Notes: generated from the sequence alone by a model not told the origin. A DNA stretch of 64,000 bases from Octopus bimaculoides (GCF_001194135.2 NC_068993.1:5722225-5786224); one strand, 5' to 3'. Counted from the first letter of the stretch, positions 11,371 through 25,109 are shown. Numbers and translations: made by a program.

Positions 11371-12259
11371 NNNNNNNNNNNNNNNNNNNNNNNNNNNNNN
11401 NNNNNNNNNNNNNNNNNNNNNNNNNNNNNNNNNNNNNNNNNNNNNNNNNNNNNNNNNNNNNNNNNNNNNNNNNNNNNNNNNNNNNNNNNNNNNNNNNNNN
11501 NNNNNNNNNNNNNNNNNNNNNNNNNNNNNNNNNNNNNNNNNNNNNNNNNNNNNNNNNNNNNNNNNNNNNNNNNNNNNNNNNNNNNNNNNNNNNNNNNNNN
11601 NNNNNNNNNNNNNNNNNNNNNNNNNNNNNNNNNNNNNNNNNNNNNNNNNNNNNNNNNNNNNNNNNNNNNNNNNNNNNNNNNNNNNNNNNNNNNNNNNNNN
11701 NNNNNNNNNNNNNNNNNNNNNNNNNNNNNNNNNNNNNNNNNNNNNNNNNNNNNNNNNNNNNNNNNNNNNNNNNNNNNNNNNNNNNNNNNNNNNNNNNNNN
11801 NNNNNNNNNNNNNNNNNNNNNNNNNNNNNNNNNNNATATATATATATATATATATATAAATGCACACCAATGAATTGAAACAATAGGGAATAAAATTACT
11901 TGTCAAGCTGGTCAATAAAACCAAAATAAATAAATAATATGAAGAAAAAAATAACAGATTTTGTTGATACAACAAAACAGCAATAATATGAAAGAAGAAG
12001 AAATGAAAGATATTTTAAAAGAATGTCTTTCAAAGAAACAGTAAATTTTCTTCATGATTATAGAGAAATTCATCGAAGCACGACAAAGAGAAAAAGAAAC
12101 AATTAAAAAATGAAGAAAACAAACGGAAAATACAATCCCCTTCCTCAGTGAAAAGCTGAACGACACTTTTTGAAGGGTTTAGTTTGCAGACGATGCGTAG
12201 TGTAAGGAGAATTTGCTAGAGTTGAGCAGAACTGGATTAGTGATAGTGAATGAGTGAGT

Positions 12260-12311
<52 letters not shown>

Positions 12312-13064
12312 AAGAGAGAGAGACTGAACACAACAATGAACGAAAAAGGTTTACAATAAGATAAATTCCATGTTAATACAATCATACATTCATAAAAAGA
12401 AGTACACTTATAGAGAAAAACTCATGCACAAACCGACCCCTACATCTAATCCCATTCCTTTCTACATACATATTTATACATACATACACAAACATACATA
12501 TACACTCGACATTACTGACACTAATTCTATCATTCATTTCTTAGCTTTCGACTGTATTTTTATTTCGTCCCAAAAGATTAAGTGTTTCTTTTTAATTTCA
12601 GATGTGTATAAAGAGAGACCCAGGTGTGTGTGTGTGTGTGTGTGTGTGTACAAGGTACCTTAACAAACGATATTTTATTCATGGTCAATCATACAAATAG
12701 TGGTTCGCATTGTCTATCCAAGGTGTAAAATGGGCCTCTCTAGGTGATTGTTTAAATAAATCCTTCGCTAGACCCTGCCGTTATTTCACTCAGTGTGAGA
12801 ATGCATATCCAAACTGATGTGTCATTTTCTGTCTGTCTGTCTGTCTTCTGTCTATCTCTCTCTTTCTCTCTGTCTATCTATCTATCTATCTATCAGTCTT
12901 TCTGTCTGTCCGTCTATCAGTCTGTCTGTCTACCTGCCTGCACACCTGCCCACCTGTCTGTCTGCTTGTCTGTCTGTCTCTCTCTTTCTATTTCTCTCTC
13001 CCTCTTTCTATCTCTCTCTCCCACTCTCGTATTAACTATCTATCTATATGTCTGTCTGTCAGTC

Positions 13065-13101
<37 letters not shown>

Positions 13102-13510
13102 ATCTATCTACACACGTACACACACACAAGTATGTATATGTAGGTGTATACACATGCACACCTCAGGAAATACATTGCGGTACAACCGAAGCGAAACCAC
13201 ATATGGCTGCCATCTTCTTTTCAACAAGAATTACAGAATATAACAGCACAGTAGGACTTTTAATCTCCTTAAACAAGACCCTCCACAAACTCCTTCACAG
13301 TAGGAAATGTTTTTTATGTTATTACATTATCTTTATTTTATCCGCAAGTTATCCTTAAGTAGATTAAAGCGTTCAATGTGTAGAGAGAGGTTCTGTCACT
13401 TGTAATGAAAATCACAGCGGAATCTGGTTTTGTATTGGATTTTTGCTAGTCATATCAATATATCAAGCACGGTTATTTCGATTATGTATGTATGTATGTA
13501 TATATGTACG

Positions 13511-13553
<43 letters not shown>

Positions 13554-13670
13554 ATCTATCTATCTATCTATAGAGAGAAAGAGAGAGATTAGAGATAGGT
13601 ATTCTCCGTAGAGAATACACTTCGTAGTGCGCAAGAGATTTGAACTTGAACAGGTAGAGGAATAAATGTG

Positions 13671-13712
13671 AGTTAGGCAAGTCGATATACATGTATACCG
13701 ACTTACCTAACT
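13671..13712. other. 42-bp near-perfect palindrome (20-bp arms)
   Basis: AGTTAGGCAAGTCGATATAC-AT-GTATACCGACTTACCTAACT; 18 of 20 positions complementary. Confidence 0.9.
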
Positions 13713-14866
13713 TGCTTGTCCTTGAATATACTCAAGCATGCTGGAGAAAGGTCGTTTTCGCCCGATCTCCCTTGATATAATTATATACGTATGTACATTA
13801 TTATTAATTTAATGTATTAATTGCCTACAAATTTTTCTAGCATGCTGACTACTTGATAAAAAACATTAACGTGATTTTTATCCATANNNNNNNNNNNNNN
13901 NNNNNNNNNNNNNNNNNNNNNNNNNNNNNNNNNNNNNNNNNNNNNTATATATATATATATATATATATATATGCATATATTTACAGATATATACTTATAC
14001 ATTAAATATATACAACGGTGTATGCGGGTGGGTTTGGGTTTATGTGTGTTCAGTAAACAGATCTATGTTCAAATCTCAACGGAGTCAATTTAAAGCTCAC
14101 ATTCCTCTCTTTTGGATCGATAAAACAACTACCAACAATATATTTGAGTCAATCGCTATCAATTATATTTTCCATCTATAAAAATATTCATGCTATTATT
14201 TCTGTATTTTGTTTATTGTCTTTCTTTATCACCAACAGAGAGACGAATCATACACAAAGCATATCTCTACGGGACTTGAACACAGAAACGTGCTCTAGTT
14301 TGGCTTTGAAGGACGCGCCATGTCTACCGACCTAATTTTTCTCATAAAATATAAACGCCGCAAAAATAGCATACACCAACACGACAATCTCCCATAGGGT
14401 GAGCAGTGTGTTGTAGTAAACTTAACAAACGCCATGATAAAACCATATTGCTGTGGTAGTAAAGCCAAGCTAAAACAAAAAGAAGCAAAAATCCATATAG
14501 CTTGCGTTTAAAATTTCAAAATGGCTTTCGTTTCCGCTCAAAATATTTAGTTAATCAGTTGTTTAAGGTTACAAATGTCATATGAATAACGAATAGCTGT
14601 CCGTTTTCATGTTGAATGCAGTTTAAATTTCATCGTTTTTCAAACTGCATTTGACAGACGACCGGATATAGTTGACAATAAGAAATAAGAAATAAAAAAA
14701 AACTAACACAGCAAAGATGTCTCTCTCTGGATTTGTGTTTTTCTACCACTTCTGGTTACATCATAAATCACTATATTACAAACGATTATTTCTTAAACCA
14801 TCTTTTCTTTTTTTTCTTCCATTATGATTGCATTTTGACCTTCTGCGATATATACATGCATGCATG

Positions 14867-14910
<44 letters not shown>

Positions 14911-15600
14911 GCACAAGATCAAAATGGTACAATAATAGAAGAAAAGAAATTTATTTCTTTAAGATGTCGTTTCTTTCACTCCCACACAACATGCAAATTG
15001 TATATTACTTTTTCCTGTACATAAATACATACGTACACAGACACACGTACGTACACACACACACACANNNNNNNNNNNNNNNNNNNNNNNNNNNNNNNNN
15101 NNNNNNNNNNNNNNNNNNNNNNNNNNNNNNNNNNNNNNNNNNNNNNNNNNNNNNNNNNNNNNNNNNNNNNNNNNNNNNNNNNNNNNNNNNNNNNNNNNNN
15201 NNNNNNNNNNNNNNNNNNNNNNNNNNNNNNNNNNNNNNNNNNNNNNNNNNNNNNNNNNNNNNNNNNNNNNNNATATATATAACTATATAAACACGCACAT
15301 TTATATGTACATCTTTCTATCTATGAATACACGTATCATGGCTCTAATATACACTTAAATCCTGTAAGACAAATCTTCTGTGTGTTTTTCATCTTTTCTC
15401 TTTCTCTATTTATATCCATCACGTGTGTTTCCCCAATTAAATATTTTCTATCTTAAATATATATATGTATGTATGTATGTATGCATCTATGTATGTATGT
15501 ATGTATGTATGTATATTGACTTCACCTTGGCATTGTTTAGCAAAAGAGATATGACCTCGCTGCTTGCGCGCATATTTCTTCTTTTCTTTTTTTTTTACTC

Positions 15601-15912
15601 TGGTACTCCGTCGGTTACAACGATAAATGTTCCAGTTGATTCGATCAATGGAGCAACCTACTCGTGAAATTAATGAGCAAGTGGCTGAGTACTCCACAGA
15701 CACGCGCATGTTTAGCGTAGTTCTGAAGGAGATTCAGCGTGAAACAGAATGTGACAAGGCTGACCGTTTTGAATTACAGGCACAACTCATTTTTGCCAGT
15801 GGAGTGGACTGGAGCAACGCGAAATAAAGTGTCTTGCTCAAGGACATATCATGCCGCTGGGATTCGAACACATGGCCTTGCAATCGTCATCCGAATACCC
15901 TAATCACTAACG
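15601..15912 (-). mobile_element. tRNA-derived SINE family B, full length
   Basis: Minus strand has a tRNA-like head (TTAGTGATTAGGGTATTCGG...GTTCGAATCCC), then GTCCTTGAGCAAGACACTTTATTTC (CORE-like), ending ACCGACGGAGTACCA; aligns with 47374-47686 and 58068-58299. Confidence 0.9.
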
Positions 15913-16170
15913 TATATATATATACACATACACACAAACACTTACACACACATACATATACCCATCTAAATACTCTCATGTGTATACGTATGTCTCTGTC
16001 CGTGTCAGCCATTTTACATTGGATGGATAAAACAGAGACGTTCTACACACTTATTTTTTACGCAAGGTTGTGTGGAGATCTTTCATGTTTTCGAACCGTT
16101 AAAATAAAGAAAAAACAGCGTATGTCTATGTGTGTCTGTGCACATGAGCACAGTATGTTTATACACATAA

Positions 16171-16226
<56 letters not shown>

Positions 16227-16514
16227 NNNNNNNNNNNNNNNNNNNNNNNNNNNNNNNNNNNNNNNNNNNNNNNNNNNNNNNNNNNNNNNNNNNNNNNNNN
16301 NNNNNNNNNNNNNNNNNNNNNNNNNNNNNNNNNNNNNNNNNNNNNNNNNNNNNNNNNNNNNNNNNNNNNNNNNNNNNNNNNNNNNNNNNNNNNNNNNNNN
16401 NNNNNNNNNNNNNNNNNNNNNNNNNNNNNNNNNNNNNNNNNNNNNNNNNNNNNNNNNNNNNNNNNNNNNNNNNNNNNNNNNNNNNNNNNNNNNNNNNNNN
16501 NNNNNNNNNNNNNN

Positions 16515-16564
<50 letters not shown>

Positions 16565-16679
16565 GTATATATGCGTATATGTATATATGTATATAAACGC
16601 ATAAATACATGTAAACATAAACATACATAAAAGTATATAAACATAAACATTGCTATAAATATACTTATACACGACGCGC

Positions 16680-16718
<39 letters not shown>

Positions 16719-17143
16719 CACACACACATATAAGCATGAACACACGGAAAAATACACGCCAAATACGCAGACAAACAAACGAGTGCACGATTCACACAAA
16801 CACACACTCATGCACACACACGCACATCCCCCCCACCCTCATGCACACACACGCACACACACCCACTCTCACGCAGTGCCTCCATTTATTCCTAAAGTGC
16901 CCCCTTTCAACTACTTACAGAAGTGTTTGAATATCCACAAAAATCTTTTGATGTTTTATGCAAACAAGCCATCTCTTCCTGTAACCATTCCATCCAATAT
17001 ATTCCAGGCTTATTTCTCCACAAGCCACAGAACACGTTATTCCATTCCGGAATCGACCAAAATTTACACGACAAATCTTTCTGATGATAAGCGATGGACA
17101 ATGCATTATTAAACATATCCAACTGTGTCACAATTCTTCTTGC

Positions 17144-17385
17144 TATTGTTGTTGTTGTCGTCGTTCCTGTTGATGCTGTTGTTTTGCAACCCCAGGTCGG
17201 CTCTGTACAAGCAGACCTTTGATCAAAATGGCAGTCAGTTCAACCATGAAAATACAGTCTTTTTTTTTCTTTACTTTTTCAAAACGTTATATCTAGGATC
17301 CTGTTGCACTATTACTGTTAGTTTTAAAGCAAAAAAAAAGTGTTACTTTGGAAGAGATTTGACTGTAGTTTCTAGCAACTTGCAT
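17144..17385 (-). mobile_element. Repeat family D with (CAA)n tail (SINE or LINE 3' end)
   Basis: CCCCAGGTCGGCTCTG...GCAGACCTTTGATCAAA...GGAAGAGATTTGACTG..TTTCTAGC shares blocks with 33115, 48545, 56198, 56850 and 57605; (GTT)n at 17144-17185. Confidence 0.65.
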
Positions 17386-17692
17386 CACCACGATCAGTGG
17401 TGCTGTTGCTGTGGATGGGGATGTTATCATCCTTAATATCAGCTTTGGACTTATAGGTAGTACAATTGAAGACCGATACATACATACATACATACATACA
17501 TACATAGAGATACACACGCACTCATACATATATACGGAATACTTAATCCATAATCGTTAGTCCGACAAAATATATTTTGTTTCGTCTTTGACTTTTCGGG
17601 AAGAGTTCCTTATTCTTAATGGCCAGACATAACTCATTTTTTGAGGTGGTCATCCTCTGGAAAAAAATTATTATATATATATATATATATAT

Positions 17693-17737
<45 letters not shown>

Positions 17738-18461
17738 AATGCAAGAACATTGTACAAATGTCCACGATGTAAAAAAAATTGAAAACAAATGTTGGAATGG
17801 TCATGTGTAGATTATCTTTGATAATTAGATTGGTTAATCAGAACTGAACGCTACTACCAGCAGCAGCAGTAGCAACAACAACAACGATAACAACAATACA
17901 ATGTTCTTGCAATTATGGTCGTGCATGGGTTTTATTTGTGTTAGAGCTGTTTATTTTGTTGAATTTGAGCGTGTTGGAGTAGAGTGAGATATATAGAAAA
18001 TAACAAAAACAACAATAAATAAACTAAGTAACAAGTATGACAACAGCAGAAACAACAACAACACTAACAACATCATGCATGACAACATCCATAGCAGCAG
18101 CAGCAGCAGCGTTCACATCTGGAGCAACAGGTTTCCGATTAAGATGAAGATTTTCGAGAAAATGTAGTCGAGTGTTAGCAACGTTCATTTCGACACCTGC
18201 TCCTCGTGAATCATGTCCCTGACTGTTGTTGTTGTTGTTGTTGCTATTGCTGCTGCTATGCCTCTTGTTTCTGTTGGTGGTGACGTTAATAAGCATTGTT
18301 GGTTGCTAAAAGCATACACACAACACAAATACACACATGTATATATATATATATACACATACGTATTCTACACATTTTATGTTATATTATTTCCATTTCC
18401 ATATTACAAACTGTACCATCTGTACGTATTTAAGAATGAGTATATGTGTGTGTATGTGTAT

Positions 18462-18493
<32 letters not shown>

Positions 18494-18664
18494 TTCAATG
18501 TGTATTATGAATATATTTTGATTTATTGTCTCGATACAGATTTTCTTTACCACTGCATATACCACATGCAGACAATTGTTTCAGAATGTCTTTCATTATG
18601 AACACATCTTCGTATATTTTAAAGTTCAAATTCAAATCAAATATATAATTCATGTATGATACAG

Positions 18665-18710
<46 letters not shown>

Positions 18711-20087
18711 GTCTATCTACATGCATGCATGCATACATACATACATACATACATACATACATACATACATACATACAATCCAAAACAAAACTGTTATAAT
18801 GATCTCAAACCATTTTTTTCTGTTCATACAAAATATTCACGTGAATTATAGGAAGAAGACAAAAAAGATTGATTTATGAAACTTGTAAGATATAGGTTTG
18901 TTTTAGAAATATAACAAAATTTTAAAGGTGAATTGCGAATTATAAAAATTAGCAATGAAGACTAAAGAATTGTGTTTTGAGCAGGAGATGCGAATTCATG
19001 TTGGTATCTTAGGTACGTATTGAGCAAGTTGAACGCAAATATTAAAGGAAAGTATATGTGTTTTATTGGTGGAATCTGTTGCTGATGAAATGCTGAAATT
19101 CTTAAATATTTGTATAGTTATTATTGGCCCACTGGATAAAATGTTTCGCGGCATTTCCGTGTGATTTAATTTTTATCTTCTATATAAATAAAGATATTTC
19201 CTCTGTCTGGCTGCTTTTCTCTCTACAAAACGGAAGGTTAAATCACGGAATAGTAATTTTAACGAGTTGTATTTATTTATCACCCGACGAGATACATCTG
19301 CACCACCGGAGGCTCCTGAACCAGTTGTTGAGTATCCTACCCAAGAGGAATCAATGCTCGATGTGTCGAAACAATTGTCGTGGTTTATAATAAATTCTCG
19401 TATATTCCATCTTCTGTCTTTCATTTGCCACATATATATATATATNNNNNNNNNNNNNNNNNNNNNNNNNNNNNNNNNNNNNNNNNNNNNNNNNNNNNNN
19501 NNNNNNNNNNNNNNNNNNNNNNNNNNNNNNNNNNNNNNNNNNNNNNNNNNNNNNNNNNNNNNNNNNNNNNNNNNNNNNNNNNNNNNNNNNNNNNNNNNNN
19601 NNNNNNNNNNNNNNNNNNNNNNNNNNNNNNNNNNNNNNNNNNNNNNNNNNNNNNNNNNNNNNNNNNNNNNNNNNNNNNNNNNNNNNNNNNNNNNNNNNNN
19701 NNNNNNNNNNNNNNNNNNNNNNNNNNNNNNNNNNNNNNNNNNNNNNNNNNNNNNNNNNNNNNNNNNNNNNNNNNNNNNNNNNNNNNNNNNNNNNNNNNNN
19801 NNNNNNNNNNNNNNNNNNNNNNNNNNNNNNNNNNNNNNNNNNNNNNNNNNNNNNNNNNNNNNNNNNNNNNNNNNNNNNNNNNNNNNNNNNNNNNNNNNNN
19901 NNNNNNNNNNNNNNNNNNNNNNNNNNNNNNNNNNNNNNNNNNNNNNNNNNNNNNNNNNNNNNNNNNNNNNNNNNNNNNNNNNNNNNNNNNNNNNNNNNNN
20001 NNNNNNNNNNNNNNNNNNNNNNNNNNNNNNNNNNNNNNNNNNNNNNNNNNNNNNNNNNNNNATATATACATATATATATATATTATG

Positions 20088-20121
<34 letters not shown>

Positions 20122-20486
20122 CCTCTTGTATCTGAAGAAAAATAATTACCTGTAGAGTCTGAAAAGCAGACTCAAGATTATGGTTGGCATTCTGAGATTA
20201 TGTTTTATTTCTTGCAATAAAACCAAAGACAAATTCCTGGAAAGAAATTTGATTGCAAACTCGTTGTCCTAAGAATGCATTATTATCTCTGATTCCAGCT
20301 GTTGATGACACGCTTTGATATGACATGATGACAAGGTAGGCGAGGTGTCTGTGTGAACGTCGGTATCGGTGCCGTATGGGTCTCAATATGTTTGGTTAGT
20401 ACAATTCTATCATACACAGCATAGTGTGGCGCAGATGGAAATTGAGACAGTTCATCTGTGATCATAATGAATCTGGGATTATATTT

Positions 20487-20522
<36 letters not shown>

Positions 20523-20724
20523 TTCTTCTATCAATTCCTTTCTTTACAGACACACAATCACATACAAACAACCTTCCACACCCACACACCTCTAAATGCG
20601 TGTGTGTATGAATATATATATACACACACCTGGACACACACATTATATACATACATACATACATACATATATATATATGTATATAAATGTACATATATAT
20701 GTGTGTGTGTGCTTGTGCGTATGG

Positions 20725-20766
<42 letters not shown>

Positions 20767-20944
20767 GCGTGTGTGTGTCAGTGTGTGTAAAACTCAATAA
20801 CACAAAATGTACACGCTATTATTCATAGCTTTATATGCTTCGAGATTCACCGTTCTCAAAAGTTTATGAAAGCTTATGACATCAGTAACGTACAATTCTC
20901 GCGGATAAGAATAATCTGTCTAAAATGGACGGAGAAATATGAAG

Positions 20945-21026
20945 TATTTCTTTGGTCCAGTGGTATAATGCCCGGCTTGTGTGCACTAGGTGAGGGGTTC
21001 GTGTCCCTTGGGCGATATCGACTTTT
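20945..21026 (+). pseudogene. Degenerate tRNA-like sequence or isolated SINE head
   Basis: TTGGTCCAGTGGTATAATGCCCGG (A-box-like)...GGGGTTCGTGTCCC (B-box-like), followed by TTTT; the anticodon and acceptor stems do not pair properly. Confidence 0.35.
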
Positions 21027-22107
21027 CTATCCAAAGGGTAGATTTTGCTCAATATTTACATACTGCGCTGCTGTTTATAACTTTATATGTTTCAATATTT
21101 ACCGTTTCAAAAAAGAAATGCGCGCACACACACACACATATATGTAAGTCTGTGTATGTGATTGCGTATCCATGTGTTTATATATATACACACACATACG
21201 TGTGTCTATATATGTATGTATACATACATATATATACAAACATACATACATATATATATATAAGCACATGTATACAGATATTGNNNNNNNNNNNNNNNNN
21301 NNNNNNNNNNNNNNNNNNNNNNNNNNNNNNNNNNNNNNNNNNNNNNNNNNNNNNNNNNNNNNNNNNNNNNNNNNNNNNNNNNNNNNNNNNNNNNNNNNNN
21401 NNNNNNNNNNNNNNNNNNNNNNNNNNNNNNNNNNNNNNNNNNNNNNNNNNNNNNNNNNNNNNNNNNNNNNNNNNNNNNNNNNNNNNNTAAGTCTGTGTAT
21501 GTGATTGCGTATCCATGTGTTTATATATATACACACACATACGTGTGTCTATATATGTATGTATACATACATATATATACAAACATACATACATATATAT
21601 ATATAAGCACATGTATACAGATATTGTATTATTTATACATTACAGATGCAGAATTCTTCTAATTATAGACAAGACTTTGGTCAATGCTGTTGATATAAGA
21701 AACTCTTATTAAAAACTGTTTTGATTCGATGCAAAGGCAATATTTTTTTTTTTTGGAAGAAACGAGAATACCTTTTCTAAGAGCAGAAATGGCAGAGCGC
21801 CAAGGAAATATTATTCTTTAATGTCTAAATGCCTAAGATGAGAGATCGTTAGGATCGGATGTTGTTTTAGTATCAATAAATAATGCTATCTATCGATCTC
21901 ACCAGCACACGATGAAAGAAATAAGAGACTAAGAGACTTACCTCTGCTATGTTTCTGGATTCTGTGTAATCCTTATTAAGTCAAGAGCTGTGTGGAGGTT
22001 ACCTGTAAAACAGTAGAAACACGTGTAAGAATTATTCTTCAGACTTACGATGTGTCAGCCAATATGGAATTGTCTCCTTTTTATCCCAGCTCTCATTCTG
22101 TTTCATA

Positions 22108-22143
<36 letters not shown>

Positions 22144-22437
22144 GAGTCATAGATACACACATATATTGATTTGTTTATAAACACAAACATATATGCATAA
22201 ATGAATCGTATAAGATGCGGATTCATAGAATCGTGCAGTTATCACAGAAAGCTCCTCTTACGGATTCGGCTATCAGTTCACACAGTAATCAATTTCAAAG
22301 AAATACAATGAAGAGTGTCCCTGTAACTGAAAATCCTGAAAACCTAATGTACATGTATGTATGTATGTATGTATGTATCTATCTATCTATCTCTATATAT
22401 TTGTGTGTGTGTGTGCATGTGTGTGTGTGTGCATATG

Positions 22438-22474
<37 letters not shown>

Positions 22475-23324
22475 NNNNNNNNNNNNNNNNNNNNNNNNNN
22501 NNNNNNNNNNNNNNNNNNNNNNNNNNNNNNNNNNNNNNNNNNNNNNNNNNNNNNNNNNNNNNNNNNNNNNNNNNNNNNNNNNNNNNNNNNNNNNNNNNNN
22601 NNNNNNNNNNNNNNNNNNNNNNNNNNNNNNNNNNNNNNNNNNNNNNNNNNNNNNNNNNNNNNNNNNNNNNNNNNNNNNNNNNNNNNNNNNNNNNNNNNNN
22701 NNNNNNNNNNNNNNNNNNNNNNNNNNNNNNNNNNNNNNNNNNNNNNNNNNNNNNNNNNNNNNNNNNNNNNNNNNNNNNNNNNNNNNNNNNNNNNNNNNNN
22801 NNNNNNNNNNNNNNNNNNNNNNNNNNNNNNNNNNNNNNNNNNNNNNNNNNNNNNNNNNNNNNNNNNNNNNNNNNNNNNNNNNNNNNNNNNNNNNNNNNNN
22901 NNNNNNNNNNNNNNNNNNNNNNNNNNNNNNNNNNNNNNNNNNNNNNNNNNNNNNNNNNNNNNNNNNNNNNNNNNNNNNNNNNNNNNNNNNNNNNNNNNNN
23001 NNNNNNNNNNNNNNNNNNNNNNNNNNNNNNNNNNNNNNNNNNNNNNNNNNNNNNNNNNNNNNNNNNNNNNNNNNNNNNNNNNNNNNNNNNNNNNNNNNNN
23101 NNNNNNNNNNNNNNNNNNNNNNNNNNNNNNNNNNNNNNNNNNNNNNNNNNNNNNNNNNNNNNNNNNNNNNNNNNNNNNNNNNNNNNNNNNNNNNNNNNNN
23201 NNNNNNNNNNNNNNNNNNNNNNNNNNNNNNNNNNNNNNNNNNNNNNNNNNNNNNNNNNNNNNNNNNNNNNNNNNNNNNNNNNNNNNNNNNNNNNNNNNNN
23301 NNNNNNNNNNNNNNNNNNNNNNNN

Positions 23325-23564
23325 GATGATGTTGATGACGTTAATGGTGATGATGATGATGATGATGATGAAGGTGATAATGATGATGATGGTGATGATG
23401 ATGATGAAGATGATAATGATGATGGTGATGATGATGTTAAGGATGTTGCTGCTGCTGATGGAGCTGAAAACATTGGTGATGTTGACGGTGGATGCGGTGC
23501 TGGTAATGATGACGGAGGCACAGTCTGTGGTGGAGGTGGTGGATATGATGATAATAATGATGAC

Positions 23565-23595
<31 letters not shown>

Positions 23596-23720
23596 TTGAT
23601 GGTTGTGGTGTTTATGGCGGTGTTGATGGAGATGGAGGTGTTATCGAGGTGATGCAGTAGCAATGATGGGACTGGTGATGGCGGTGATGACAATGGCGAT
23701 AATACAGGTGCAGGGGTACA
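23325..23720. repeat. Degenerate (GAT/GGT)n trinucleotide low-complexity tract
   Basis: Direct reading; similar tracts at 51380-51870 and 54830-55160. Confidence 0.9.
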
Positions 23721-25109
23721 GAATAGCAATGGCTATACTACCTTACAACAACAACAACAACAACAGCAGCAGCAGCAAGAACGATAAGAACAACGAGTAT
23801 CAGGGCGATGACGATAACATCATCGATGCGGATTAATGACGTCAGCAAATCGCTCCATTAAAATAATGGAATCAATCATTGCTGTCGTCCATCAACCGAA
23901 TATTTGAAAGCCTGAATCAACTGTAACATGGATAGATTTGCTGAAGTGGAGGCTTTTATTCTTGTTATCATGTTATCGTGTTATCTTATATGTTCAGCTT
24001 ATCAGGGTCTGTCTGTCGGTCTGTCTGTCTGTCTATGTTTATGTATGTATGTATGTATGTATGTATGTATGTATGTATCTATCTATCTATCTCTATATAT
24101 TTGTGTGTGTGTGTGCATGTGTGTGTATACGTTTATATATATATATGTATATATATGTATATATGTATATATATGTATGTATATNNNNNNNNNNNNNNNN
24201 NNNNNNNNNNNNNNNNNNNNNNNNNNNNNNNNNNNNNNNNNNNNNNNNNNNNNNNNNNNNNNNNNNNNNNNNNNNNNNNNNNNNNNNNNNNNNNNNNNNN
24301 NNNNNNNNNNNNNNNNNNNNNNNNNNNNNNNNNNNNNNNNNNNNNNNNNNNNNNNNNNNNNNNNNNNNNNNNNNNNNNNNNNNNNNNNNNNNNNNNNNNN
24401 NNNNNNNNNNNNNNNNNNNNNNNNNNNNNNNNNNNNNNNNNNNNNNNNNNNNNNNNNNNNNNNNNNNNNNNNNNNNNNNNNNNNNNNNNNNNNNNNNNNN
24501 NNNNNNNNNNNNNNNNNNNNNNNNNNNNNNNNNNNNNNNNNNNNNNNNNNNNNNNNNNNNNNNNNNNNNNNNNNNNNNNNNNNNNNNNNNNNNNNNNNNN
24601 NNNNNNNNNNNNNNNNNNNNNNNNNNNNNNNNNNNNNNNNNNNNNNNNNNNNNNNNNNNNNNNNNNNNNNNNNNNNNNNNNNNNNNNNNNNNNNNNNNNN
24701 NNNNNNNNNNNNNNNNNNNNNNNNNNNNNNNNNNNNNNNNNNNNNNNNNNNNNNNNNNNNNNNNNNNNNNNNNNNNNNNNNNNNNNNNNNNNNNNNNNNN
24801 NNNNNNNNNNNNNNNNNNNNNNNNNNNNNNNNNNNNNNNNNNNNNNNNNNNNNNNNNNNNNNNNNNNNNNNNNNNNNNNNNNNNNNNNNNNNNNNNNNNN
24901 NNNNNNNNNNNNNNNNNNNNNNNNNNNNNNNNNNNNNNNNNNNNNNNNNNNNNNNNNNNNNNNNNNNNNNNNNNNNNNNNNNNNNNNNNNNNNNNNNNNN
25001 NNNNNNNNNNNNNNNNNNNNNNNNNNNNNNNNNNNNNNNNNNNNNNNNNNNNNNNNNNNNNNNNNNNNNNNNNNNNNNNNNNNNNNNNNNNNNNNNNNNN
25101 NNNNNNNNN

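Noticed and set aside
18024-18296. Minus-strand ORF with poly-N and poly-A runs
   Set aside because: Built mostly from (CAA)n/(CAG)n repeats with no splice-site support.
23928-24008. Signal-peptide-like MDRFAEVEAFILVIMLSCYLICSAYQG
   Set aside because: Weak donor, runs into microsatellite, no downstream exon identified.
22345-24184. Identical compound microsatellite at about 22345-22440 and 24045-24130
   Set aside because: Both lie next to large gaps; probably mis-scaffolded or collapsed simple repeat.
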